NCBI GenBank assembly: GCA_963696825.1
Contig: CAVOLN010000003.1
Location: 45,130 to 109,129 of the forward strand
Source: Terriglobia bacterium
GTDB taxonomy: Bacteria; Acidobacteriota; Terriglobia; Terriglobales; Acidobacteriaceae
DNA: 64,000 nucleotides
Reading direction: 5' to 3'
Shown here: positions 55,371-64,000 of the stretch, one piece after another
How positions within the stretch are numbered: position 1 is the stretch's first letter
Layout of the letters: each line of letters begins with the position of its first letter
Program-made: the position numbers and the translations under genes
Notes under the pieces: generated by a model
Told to the model about the DNA's origin: nothing
The model's input: the letters and a program-made list of their open reading frames with translations, nothing else
Databases searched by the model: none

Positions 55371-57010
55371 ATGCTGCAGCGTCGCATGGTGCCGCGGCCG
55401 CTTACGGATGGCTGCTGCTCGCCGGCTTTCTGCGGATTCCTGTTTTTCTTCGGTCTCGCATACTTTGGCCTGCTCGGAGCGGACGAGCCGCGCTACGCGC
55501 AGGTGGCGCGGGAAATGCTCGCGCGTCACGACTGGATCACGCCCACACTGGGTGGCAAGCCCTGGCTTGAGAAGCCGGCTCTCTACTACTGGCAGACCAT
55601 GCTCGCCTACAGCATTTTCGGCGTCAGCGACTGGGCTGCACGTCTGCCTTCCGCGGTGGATGCCACGCTGATGGTGGTTGCCGTCTATCTTTTCCTGCGG
55701 CGCTTTCGCTCCACCTCGGGCTGTTCAGATTCTCGATGGCGCGCTGATGACAGCCTCCGCCAGCGGCGTGATTGGCTTCGCGCGCGCCGCGTCGACGGAC
55801 ATGCCGCTCGCTGCCATGTTCACCATCGCCATGCTGGCCTGGTATGCGTGGTACGAGAGCGCCAGCAAGCGTTACCTGGCGCTGTTCTACATCTTCCTGG
55901 GACTGGCCACACTCGCCAAAGGACCGGTGGCACCCTTTCTCGCGGCGGTCATCGTCGTACTTTTTGCCGCGGCGAAGGGCGACTACCGGCTCATGGCGCG
56001 CACCTGTTGGCTTCCTGGCATCGCATTGTTCGGTGTGGTCGCGCTTCCCTGGTACATCGCGGTCCAGCTGAGGAATCCGGAATTCTTTCGGGTATTCATT
56101 CTTCGAGCACAATCTGGCACGCTTTGGTAGGGATCTCTATCACCACACGCAGCCGTTCTGGTATTACCTGCCGGTCGTTCTGCTTGCACTTGTGCCGTGG
56201 ACGATGTTTGTGATCGCGGCCTTGGTCGAGAGCGTTCGCGTCATGGTGGACGGAAAAGAAGAGAGATGTTCCAGTCAGAAGATGCTTTGCCTGCATTTCT
56301 TATGATCTGGCTCATCGTTCCGATCGTATTCTTTTCATTTTCGGCATCGAAGCTGCCCGGCTACATTCTGCCCGCCTTGCCTGCCGGAACGTTGCTGCTG
56401 GCGGAATATGTGCGACGCCATGTGGCCGATTGACGACAGCGCCCGAGCCTTGCTCTGATTGTGATGCATTCAATCGTCGCGGCACTGCCGGTTGTTGCGG
56501 CGCTGATGATGCAATACATCGTTTTTCAGCACACGCTGCCGTGGGGACGGGCGACTGCGATCTCATCCGGATTTGCTGCCGTGCTGGCGATCGGGATCGT
56601 AGCTGACTTTGCGCCGCCAGCTCGGTCTTCGCGTGCTCCGCTTCGTCACCCTGGTTCCAGTGGTGCTGGCGGTGGGTGCAGTACTGCGACTGGGCGCTCC
56701 TGCTCTCGATGCCACACTCTCCGCGCGCCCGCTGTCTCAGGAAATCAGCCGCGTGGACAACCGATCTCTTCCGCTTGCGATTCTGCGACTGCCGCGGGAG
56801 ACCGAATATGGTCTCGCACTTCTATCGCAATCAGAAGATTGCGCGTTACGAACTGGGACGAATTCCGACGGCGAGCATCTGTTGGTCACTCGCGAAGGAT
56901 GGCAGAAAAATATCGCCAAGTGGACGACAGGCCGGCGAGTCACATATCTGGGAAGTTTCGCGCCGCAGGGCGTGGACTATTACTGGGTGGCGGGGAAGAG
57001 CAGCAATTAG
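55371..57010 (+). CDS. ArnT/PMT-like (GT39/GT83-type) membrane glycosyltransferase; about eight frame breaks
   Basis: ...GADEPRYAQVAREMLARHDWITPTLGGKPWLEKPALYYW... then hydrophobic segments alternating among all three frames (ORFs 55371-, 55678-, 56197-, 56461-, 56609-). Confidence 0.7.
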
Positions 57011-57076
57011 CAATTGGCATTTGGCAAGTAGCTTCGGCAGTGGTGCTTGTCAGACCAAGTGCCAATTGCTAATTGC
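57003..57076. repeat. Hairpin with perfect 17-bp stem (AATTGC-type dialect) overlapping the glycosyltransferase stop
   Basis: gcaattagcaattggca (57003-57019) is the exact complement of tgccaattgctaattgc (57060-57076). Confidence 0.85.
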
Positions 57077-57206
57077 ATCAAGCGTGCTGAGTCGCCGATT
57101 GCTAAGCTGATAGCGCTAGGAGCTCAGCTCGTCCCTGTTACTCACTCTTATCCCCCCGTTTGCCTCCTGCCGGACGAAGCACTACACTCGCTGTTCGCAG
57201 CCCGCC

Positions 57207-58195
57207 ATGAGCGCGCTTAGCAAGCCGGAACCCTCCAGGAGCCTCCAGGTGGAGATTCTCGACCTCAGACACTTTTCCTCCGTCGATCTGCGTCCCCTGC
57301 TGGAGGACGAGGTCCGGGAATGGGCGCGCCTGCTTTCCTGGGACTACAGCGGCTCGGCGGAAATGATCCTGCGCTACGTGGATGCCAAAATCCTGCCCGG
57401 CTATGCCGCCGTCGATCGCGGACGAATCGTCGGCTACGCCTTTTTTGTCTACGAAGGCAGCAAGGGCGTGATTGGAGATCTCTTCGTCGCCAACGGCGGC
57501 CGCCTGCCCGATCCGCACGAGGTGGAGTCGCGGCTGCTGCTGCATGTGATCGAGACGTTGCAGCAGTCGCCGGGAATTCATCGCGTCGAAGCGCAATTGC
57601 TGGTGCACGAAGCCGGCGTGGTCGCGCGGCCATTTGTGGAGCAGGGATTTCAGCGGCATCCGCGGCTCTTCATGGTGCTGCCGCTGAGCGATGCGCTGAA
57701 GACCGCGCCGCCAATGGATCCCGAAATCGAGATCCGGCGCTGGGCGGAGCACGGATTACCAGCCGGCCGCCGCCGTGATCACCACCGCCTATCGCGGCCA
57801 CGTCGATTCCGAGATCAACGATCAATACCGCACTCTGAGCGGGTCGCTGCGTTTCCTGAACAACATCGTGCGCTTTCCGGGATGCGGCACATTCGATCCC
57901 GAGGGATCGTTCGTCGCGGTGCACAAGCGGGCGCGAAGCCTGGTCGGACTGATCCTGTGCTCGCGCGTGCGCCACGATGTTGGACACGTCACCCAGGTGT
58001 GCGTGCTGCCGGAATACCGCTCGCGCGGACTTGGGCGAGTTGTTGATCGCAGCCACCGCCGGGAACCTTCGCCAGCGAAATTTCTCGCTGCTGTCGCTCA
58101 CCGTGACCGAGGCGAACGCACGCGCCGTGACGCTCTATCAACGCCTGGGATTCGATACCAAGCGAGTGTTTGATGCATTCGTGTGGGAAGGGTAG
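57207..58195 (+). CDS. GNAT family N-acetyltransferase (two GNAT-like halves); two frame breaks (~57760, ~58035)
   Basis: ...VTQVCVLPEYRSRGLG / ELLIAATAGNLRQRNFSLLSLTVTEANARAVTLYQRLGF.... Confidence 0.75.
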
Positions 58196-58197
58196 AT

Positions 58198-58331
58198 GCA
58201 GCTGTCTAGCTCTAGCTTCAGCCATCAGCTCTCAGCCTTAGGCTGTAGCTTTGCGGCGTCAAAGAGATTGCCGATAGCGATTGCAGAGCTGAAAGCTAGG
58301 CGAAGGCTGAGAGCTGACAGCTAGAAGCTGC
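58198..58331. repeat. Inverted repeat (C'/B' left, B/C right)
   Basis: gcagctgtctagctctagcttcagccatcagctctcagcc / gcagagctgaaagctaggcgaaggctgagagctgacagctagaagctgc. Confidence 0.75.
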
Positions 58332-58333
58332 TT

Positions 58334-58517
58334 CTAGTGTCGCAGCAGCCACATCACCCATCCCGCCACGAACACTCCGCCGACAAACATGACGAAGCAG
58401 TACAGGCCGTAGCGGATCTGTTCGCGTGGCGGTGTTGCGCTGGGTGATGCCGAAAACCACCGACGCGAATACCGAGAACAGTACGGCGGCGCTGAAGTGG
58501 GAGAGTTCCAGGGTCAT
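58334..58517 (-). CDS. Small two-TM membrane protein; one frame break (~58420)
   Basis: MTLELSHFSAAVLFSVFASVVFGITQRNT... then REQIRYGLYCFVMFVGGVFVAGWVMWLLRH in the adjacent frame. Confidence 0.5.
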
Positions 58518-58530
58518 TCGGTTTTTCCGA

Positions 58531-58956
58531 TCACGGCTTCTTTCCGATGGCGATGTGGTAGGCGTCGGCCACGCTGATGAAATTCAGCAGTCCGGCGACG
58601 ATCAGGAACTTGGTGCCGTAGTCGGCGGTGGCGTGGGCAATTGCGCCGTGTCCCCAGTCCTGCACGCGGGTCACGATGTAAAGCCCGCCTGCGCCCACGT
58701 CGCCGACGAATCCGAGAATGTCCAGAATGTCGCCGCCATTGGGCTGGTAGACGCGTCCCTGCATCAGCAGGCCGAGGACGAACATGGTGGTGATCGAGGC
58801 CATGAGCAGCAGGCCGCGAATCCAGCGCTTCTGGATCAGATGGCCCGCGCCCGGAATGAGCCAGCCGACCGCCGGCGCGATGACCGACATGCTGGGGGAC
58901 GCCGGCGCAGCGTGGCTTTGCGTTTCTGCAGGAGTGGCTTTGGCTGAATTTGCCAT
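58531..58956 (-). CDS. Membrane protein of unknown function (GWLIPGAGH motif)
   Basis: 141 aa, intact, three to four hydrophobic segments. Confidence 0.55.
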   Translation of the reverse strand: MANSAKATPAETQSHAAPASPSMSVIAPAVGWLIPGAGHLIQKRWIRGLLLMASITTMFVLGLLMQGRVYQPNGGDILDILGFVGDVGAGGLYIVTRVQDWGHGAIAHATADYGTKFLIVAGLLNFISVADAYHIAIGKKP

Positions 58957-60127
58957 TCAGATGATTACGATTTCACTTTGAATTTTACCTGTTACTTCCG
59001 CCGCCTTGGGCCTGACCAGCATGTTTACTTCGCTGCGCACTCCGAATTCCGGCAGATAAATGCCGGGCTCGATGGAAAAACAGTGAGTTGGGCAGGATGC
59101 GGCGCTCGTCGTGAATTTCCAGGTCGTCCATGTTGGCGCCGTTGGCGTGAACCTCGGTGCCGATGGAATGCCCGGTGCGATGAATGAAATACTGCTCGAA
59201 GCCGGCGTTCTTGATGTAATCCCGCACCGCGCGGTCCACTTCCCATCCCGCGATCGGCCTTGCCGGCGCTCACGCCTTCGATGCACCGTTTTCACTCCGA
59301 CGTCGCGCGCCTGGCGAACGATCTCGAAGACTTCCCGCATGCGATCGGAGGGAGACTTTCCCACAAAACCCGTCCAGGTGATGTCGTAGTATACGGCCCC
59401 CGGCGTGTTCTTCTTGGCCCAGACATCGAGCAGCACGAAATCGCCTTCGCGAATCGGTTTTGAAGTTTCCGGGATGCGGCTCGTAGTGCGGATTGCCGCT
59501 GTTGGCGTTGACCGCGACCACCGGCGGATCATCGGTGACCAGATTCTCGCGGCGGAAGGCTTCCAGAACCACTGCTGCATTTCGTATTCGTGGGTTCCGC
59601 CGTTGCGCACGCGCCGGCCAATCTCCTGGAAAGCGGCGGCGGTGATGGCGTCAATCGCATCGCGCGCCGCGAAGTGAGTCTTGATCTGCTCGTCCGTCAA
59701 GGTGGCTTCAAACTGCGCCACCAGGTCGCAGGAGCTGACCACGTTCTTGCCCAGGCCGCGAATCAGATCGATGGTGCCGCCATCCACCAGCGAAATCGTG
59801 AAGACCAGATTGTTGGGCGAATACTGCATGGCGATGTCGCGATGATTGGCGAGCATCGCTTTCATCTGGTCGAACAATTCCTGCCAGCCGGAATACTTGC
59901 GCTTGCTGCCCGGGAAGCGAGTCGAGATGGCCGGGTTCGATCTTGTGAACCAGTTTTACCGGTTCGCCGCTGGCCGGAATCAGGTAGAACCAGCGCCGCG
60001 TGACCATCTGACCCGCGGGCAAGCCCAGCACGCGGTAGGCAATGGGATCGCGATGATGATGATCGTAAAAGAGCCAGGCGTCGATGTTGCGCTCGCGGAG
60101 CGCGGCTTGTATGGCGGAAAGATCCAT
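58957..60127 (-). CDS. M24 family metallopeptidase (Xaa-Pro aminopeptidase-like); about seven frame breaks
   Basis: Fragments in all frames: ...IDAWLFYDHHHRDP..., ...REGDFVLLDVWAK..., ...YFIHRTGHSIGTEVHA..., ...CFSIEPGIYLPEFGVRSEVN.... Confidence 0.75.
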
Positions 60128-60213
60128 GGGCAAACAACTATTCTAAACAAGGGCAGGGTTTTGAGCGAATCGGGAGAGAACGGAGTGGCCCAGTTTGGGG
60201 CAAATCAGGCGCT

Positions 60214-60533
60214 GACGTCACCCGAAGACTTCAGTCCCGAAGGGTCTAGCGTGCACACCGTGTAAATTGCTGGAGTCGAACCTCCGCGATGAGTCATCCT
60301 GAGCGATTCTGCTCCTTCGCTTGCGAAGGAGCGAGTGAGCCGAAGGCCCTATGGTGCCGTGTCGGCTGAACTATTGCGAGGCCAATTCGATGCGGCGCAG
60401 AATGCTTGCCGCACTCTGGTGCGCCCATAGAGTAGGGGTCCTTCGACTGCGTGGCTGCTTCGCGAAGCGAAGCTGCACTTCGCTCGGTGACAGACCTTGC
60501 CTTCGGATACAGAGCTTGCGCTCACGATGACAC
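60214..60533. mobile_element. Cluster of four GTCATCCTGAG-family units (two direct, two inverted), MITE-like
   Basis: Units at 60214-60258, 60292-60349, 60435-60493 (inverted) and 60492-60533 (inverted; overlaps the POT gene stop). Each has a GTCA(T/C)C..GAG head, an internal hairpin and a CGAAGG tail. Confidence 0.6.
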
Positions 60534-61831
60534 GGCGGGCCTTATGCTCTTGTCGTAAATCCAAAGAAGCGCGGCAGTGGCAACACCCACTGCGGTCACG
60601 GCCCACCAGATGCGTCCTGGCTGGTGCGTGACTTCGCCGAAATGATGAATCAACTTTCCGCCGAACCAGCCTCCAATCAGCGACCCGATTCCGATCGGCA
60701 GAAAAGCGAAGCCCATGTAGGTGCCCTGCTGGCCGGCTGGCGCGAGCCGCGAAATGTATTCGTAGTAGCGCGGCGACTGGGTGATCTCGCCGAGCGAGAC
60801 CGCAAACAGCGTGAGCACAGCCATGAGAACCGTGGGATGCGCGATCAGAATAAGCCAGGCCAGACCGGAGATCAGTGTGCCCAGAGTGATGGCGCGGAAG
60901 GCCGGCATGCGTCTGGGTCAGAAAGCTGACCAGCAACTGCAGCGCAATGACCGTCAGCGGCCCAGTCACGAGCATCAGTTCGGTGTTCGCCTTGGGGTCG
61001 ATGTAGTCGTGAATGTAGAGCGGCAGAATGATGAATTCCTGCCAGTACACGACCCAGTATCCGGAAAAGATCAGCAGAAAAAGCATGAAGCGCGGGTTCG
61101 TAGATGACGGTCGAGAAAGTTCTTCGCCGACTGCGCCAGGCTCGCGGTTTGCTCATCGCCGGAGCGGCGCGGCTCTTTGAACAGCAGCAGCACCGCGAAG
61201 AACATGGCAAACACGCTCAGCGCCGCGACGCGAAAGACATTCTCCACCCGCATGTGCTGGTGCACCCAGGAAGCAACGTAAGGCCCGGCGGCCCCGCCGA
61301 TGTTCACCAGCGTGTAGTAAATCGAATAGCCGATGGAGCGAACATTTTCTTTGGAAGCGCGCGCCGTGGTGCCGACTACGCAGGGCTTGACCAGCGCGAC
61401 GCCCAAGCGCGGGAAGCATCAGGACGAACGTCACCAGCACGCCCAGCGGCATGGCGTTGCGCACCGGCGCCAGCCACGGGGCGCCGATCGATCCCAGCAG
61501 AAAGTAGGAGCAACTCAGGATCAGGTAGGCCAGCGAAAGAGAGCGGCGAAATCCCAGGCGATCGGCGACCGTGCCGCCGAAGACGGCCAGAAACCAGACC
61601 AGGCCTCCGAATAGTCCGGTCAGGCTGCTGGCCTGTTCCACGCGAAAATTCAAAGTCTCGTGCAGATAGCGCGCCAGCGACGCGAACGCCGCGTAGTAGG
61701 AAAGCCGTTCAAAGAGTTCGCTGATGTTGGCGACCCAGAAGGGCCGCTCGAAGCCGGTGCGAATTTCGTGCAGGCGTTCGGAAAAGGTCAGAAGCGGCTC
61801 CTATGGGCGTATCGCCGCAAGTGAGGTTCAT
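60522..61831 (-). CDS. POT/PTR2 family peptide:proton symporter (MFS); about four frame breaks
   Basis: ELFERLSYYA (ExxERFxYY-type motif), ...GGTVADRLGFRRS.... The fragments 61153-61653, 61071-61406, 60349-61086 and 60522-60908 join. Confidence 0.75.
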
Positions 61832-61835
61832 CGAT

Positions 61836-62119
61836 TCAAGCGCTCGGCGTACCTCCGCCGCCGACAGTCCCGCGATGCGAATCAACTTTCTTTCGGCTGC
61901 TCTGGCCGGACGCTATGGTAACGGAGGAACGCGGCAACCTTCAAAAGATTCGGCGAGGAATTCGATGCAGGCCTCGTTGGCTCGGCCTTCCACGGGCGGG
62001 GCGGTCAGGGACAGTTTCAGAGCATCTCCGAGTTCACCGGTGATGGCGTTCTTTCTGGCGCGAGGATGGACCTTGACCGCGAACGTTGCGCCCGCCGGAG
62101 TGTCGTGAATCGAAATCAT
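61836..62119 (-). CDS. DUF167 (YggU-like) protein; C-terminal part frame-broken, stop uncertain
   Basis: MISIHDTPAGATFAVKVHPRARKNAITGELGDALKLSLTAPPVEGRANEACIEFLAE..., then ...VTIASGQSSRKK / LIRIAGLSAAEVRRAL in other frames. Confidence 0.55.
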
Positions 62120-62128
62120 CAAACCGAT

Positions 62129-62907
62129 TTACCACGGAGGACACAGAGGACACGGAGGCAACCCGCGGCCTCCTCTGAACCCGGTGTCTACCATGGTTAG
62201 TCTTTGCTTCCTTTCGCCAAAGATTGCCGTTCCCACCCGCACGCAGGTCGAGCCTTCTTCAATCGCAACTTCGAAGTCGTGCGACATGCCCATGGAAAGC
62301 ACGTCCATGCGTTACTCGCCGGCAGATTCCGAGCCAGCGATTCTGGTCACGCAGTTCGCGCAGCTTGCGAAAGTAAGGCCGCGCCTTCTGCGGATCTTCG
62401 GTGAACGGCGGAATGGTCATCAAGCCGCGAAATTCCAGGTGTTCCAACCGCGGCGCGGCCCGCAGCAAGTTCTTCCAGTTCAGCGGATTCTGAAGACAGG
62501 CCGCTCTTGGCTGATTCCCCACCGACATTGATTTCGATCAAGGCGCGAGTTTCCTGCCAAGCTTGGCGGGCGGAGGCATTCAGTTTTTCCGCCAGCCGCA
62601 GCGAATCGACCGAATCGATCGCGTAAAAAGCTCAACTGCCCTGGCGGCCTTGTTGGTTTGCAGATGGCCGATCATGTGCCATTCGACATCTTTCAAGTCG
62701 GCAAGGGTTCCGGCTTTGCCGGCAAATTCCTGGACGCGGTTTTCGCCGAAGACCCGAAGCCCGGCTGCGTACGCTTCGCGGATACGCTCCGGCGGGAAAG
62801 TCTTGCTCACCGCCATGAGCGTGATTTCTTCGGGATTTCGTCCAGCCCGGCGTGCAGCAGTCGGCAATCTGCGCGCGCACCCAGGCGATATTTTCTGCGA
62901 TGGACAT
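62129..62907 (-). CDS. yggS: YggS family pyridoxal-phosphate homeostasis protein; about five frame breaks; 3' tail read through a repeat
   Basis: [14 protein letters not shown]..., ...[33 protein letters not shown]..., ...[11 protein letters not shown]..., ...[30 protein letters not shown].... Confidence 0.8.
62131..62173. repeat. 9-mer repeat tract, CACRGAGGA dialect (J), with terminal ggaggc/gcctcc hairpin
   Basis: accacggaggacacagaggacacggaggcaacccgcggcctcc. Confidence 0.7.
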
Positions 62908-62919
62908 GCAAAACAGTAA

Positions 62920-62952
62920 ACCACGAAGGACACTAAGGATCACGAAGGAAAG
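62920..62952. repeat. 9-mer repeat tract, CACGAAGGA dialect (J)
   Basis: accacgaaggacactaaggatcacgaaggaaag, between the OPT stop and the yggS start. Confidence 0.7.
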
Positions 62953-62984
62953 CCGGCGAGCGCCCGACGCCTGCCACCGACGGT

Positions 62985-64000
62985 CTACATCATTGCTGTC
63001 GGCGGCGCTGGCTCGTTCGGATCGCCAGCGCTCGAGAGCGGCAGGCAGATCATCAAGGCCGCGAGCCCGATCATCACGGCGAGGCCGACAAGATATGACG
63101 GGTGGTTGAAAATCTGTGGTCTGGCCCATGCCGGAGCAAACTGCAATCCAGCCCAAACCAGTCCCAGTACGGCTTCTCCGGCGATCAGTCCGGAAGCGGT
63201 GAGGACGCCGGCATTCTCCACCCGCGCCTTTTGCGCCTCGTTGAAGCCGCGCCGCTCCGCCACCCAGTCTGCCGACTGAGCGGAAAACTCCGCCCAGGAA
63301 AATCGCAAACGTTGTTTCGAACGGCAGATACATGCCCACCGCCACCAGCATGGGACTGCGTGACCTGCATCATGATCATCGCGATGCCAAACAGAATGCC
63401 GACCACCACCAGCGGCCACGGCATATCTCCGCCGACGATTCCTTGGCCAGCGTCGCCATCAGTCCGGCTTGCGGCGCGGAAAGTTGACGGTCGCCAAATC
63501 CGATTCCGCCGGCCTTGATGTTGCCTTCGTGCAGCAGCATCAGCGGAAAGTACATCACCAGGCTGGCCACCACCACCGCGATCAGCTCCGCGATCTGAAT
63601 GTTGCGCGGCGTGCCGCCCAGGATGTAGCCAACTTTGAAGTCCTGCAGCAGTTCGCCGGCGACCGACGAGGAAACGCATACCACCGCCGCCACACCCAGC
63701 ACCGCTGCCACGCCGGAGTTCCCGGACACGCCAAGCGACACCATCAGCAGCGCCGCGATGATCAAGCGTCGAAAGGGTCAAACCGGAAACCGGATTGTTG
63801 GATGATCCGATCATTCCGACCAGGTTGCCCGAGACCGTGGCGAAGAAGAAGCCGACGATCAGCATGACCACGGCCGCGAGAACCGCGGGCCAGACCAGTC
63901 CTGAAATGTGGATATAAAGAAAGCACATCAGCACGAACATCAGCGCGATCAGACCGAAGACCGTCTTCGAAGCTCATGTAGCGCTCGGTGCGCGACAAGC
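62985..64000 (-). CDS. OPT superfamily oligopeptide transporter, 3' portion (5' end outside window); at least four frame breaks
   Basis: ...FATVSGNLVGMIGSSNNPVSGLTLSTL / IIAALLMVSLGV...DFKVGYILGGTPRNIQIAELI... / GIVGGDMPWPLVVVGILFGIAM / MLVAVGMYLPFETTFAIFLGG / ...ENAGVLTASGLIAGEAVLG.... Confidence 0.75.

Noticed and set aside
60271-60288. tggagtcgaacctccgcg resembles a tRNA T-arm (GGTTCGAnTCC on the complement).
   Set aside because: The flanking sequence does not form an acceptor, D or anticodon arm, and the putative T-stem is not complementary (GGAGG vs CCAGC). No tRNA was found in the window.

Overview
High-GC (~58-60%) bacterial chromosomal segment. EF-Tu and ribosomal-protein sequences and the repeat content suggest Acidobacteriota; this is inference only. 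The core (22.4-45 kb, + strand) is a complete str/S10/spc/alpha ribosomal super-operon: rpsL-rpsG-fusA-tuf-rpsJ...rplO-secY-adk-map-infA-rpmJ-rpsM-rpsK-rpsD-rpoA-rplQ. It is followed by vanZ/guaB (- strand) and rimP-nusA-infB-DUF503-rbfA-nrnA (+ strand). The left flank carries an ECF sigma/anti-sigma pair, trxA, lexA, a TetR + ABC-2 exporter, an M20 peptidase, msrA/msrB, kynureninase, an APC permease, a TPR-GAF-degenerate-GGDEF protein, hbd, ribH-nusB and a Big_2/beta-propeller lipoprotein. The right flank carries an ArnT-like glycosyltransferase, a GNAT, an M24 peptidase, POT and OPT peptide transporters, DUF167 and yggS. No rRNA, tRNA, CRISPR array or transposase was found. Two things stand out. 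(1) Almost every intergenic spacer, including spacers inside the ribosomal operons, is occupied by long inverted repeats built from degenerate 7-9 nt tandem units in several 'dialects'. The left arm starts at or next to the upstream stop codon and the right arm ends 2-5 nt before the next start codon. Some stems are near-perfect duplexes of 18-33 bp. (2) About 60-75 single-nucleotide reading-frame breaks occur, mostly behaving as insertions. They hit essential genes (secY, fusA, infB, rpsC) and become denser toward the 3' end of the window, which points to consensus error rather than gene decay. Other repeat families (GTCATCCTGAG-type MITE-like units, a GTAGCGCCGGCGTC palindrome), a candidate attenuator or sRNA upstream of rimP, and a 640-bp non-coding leader upstream of rpsL are also reported.
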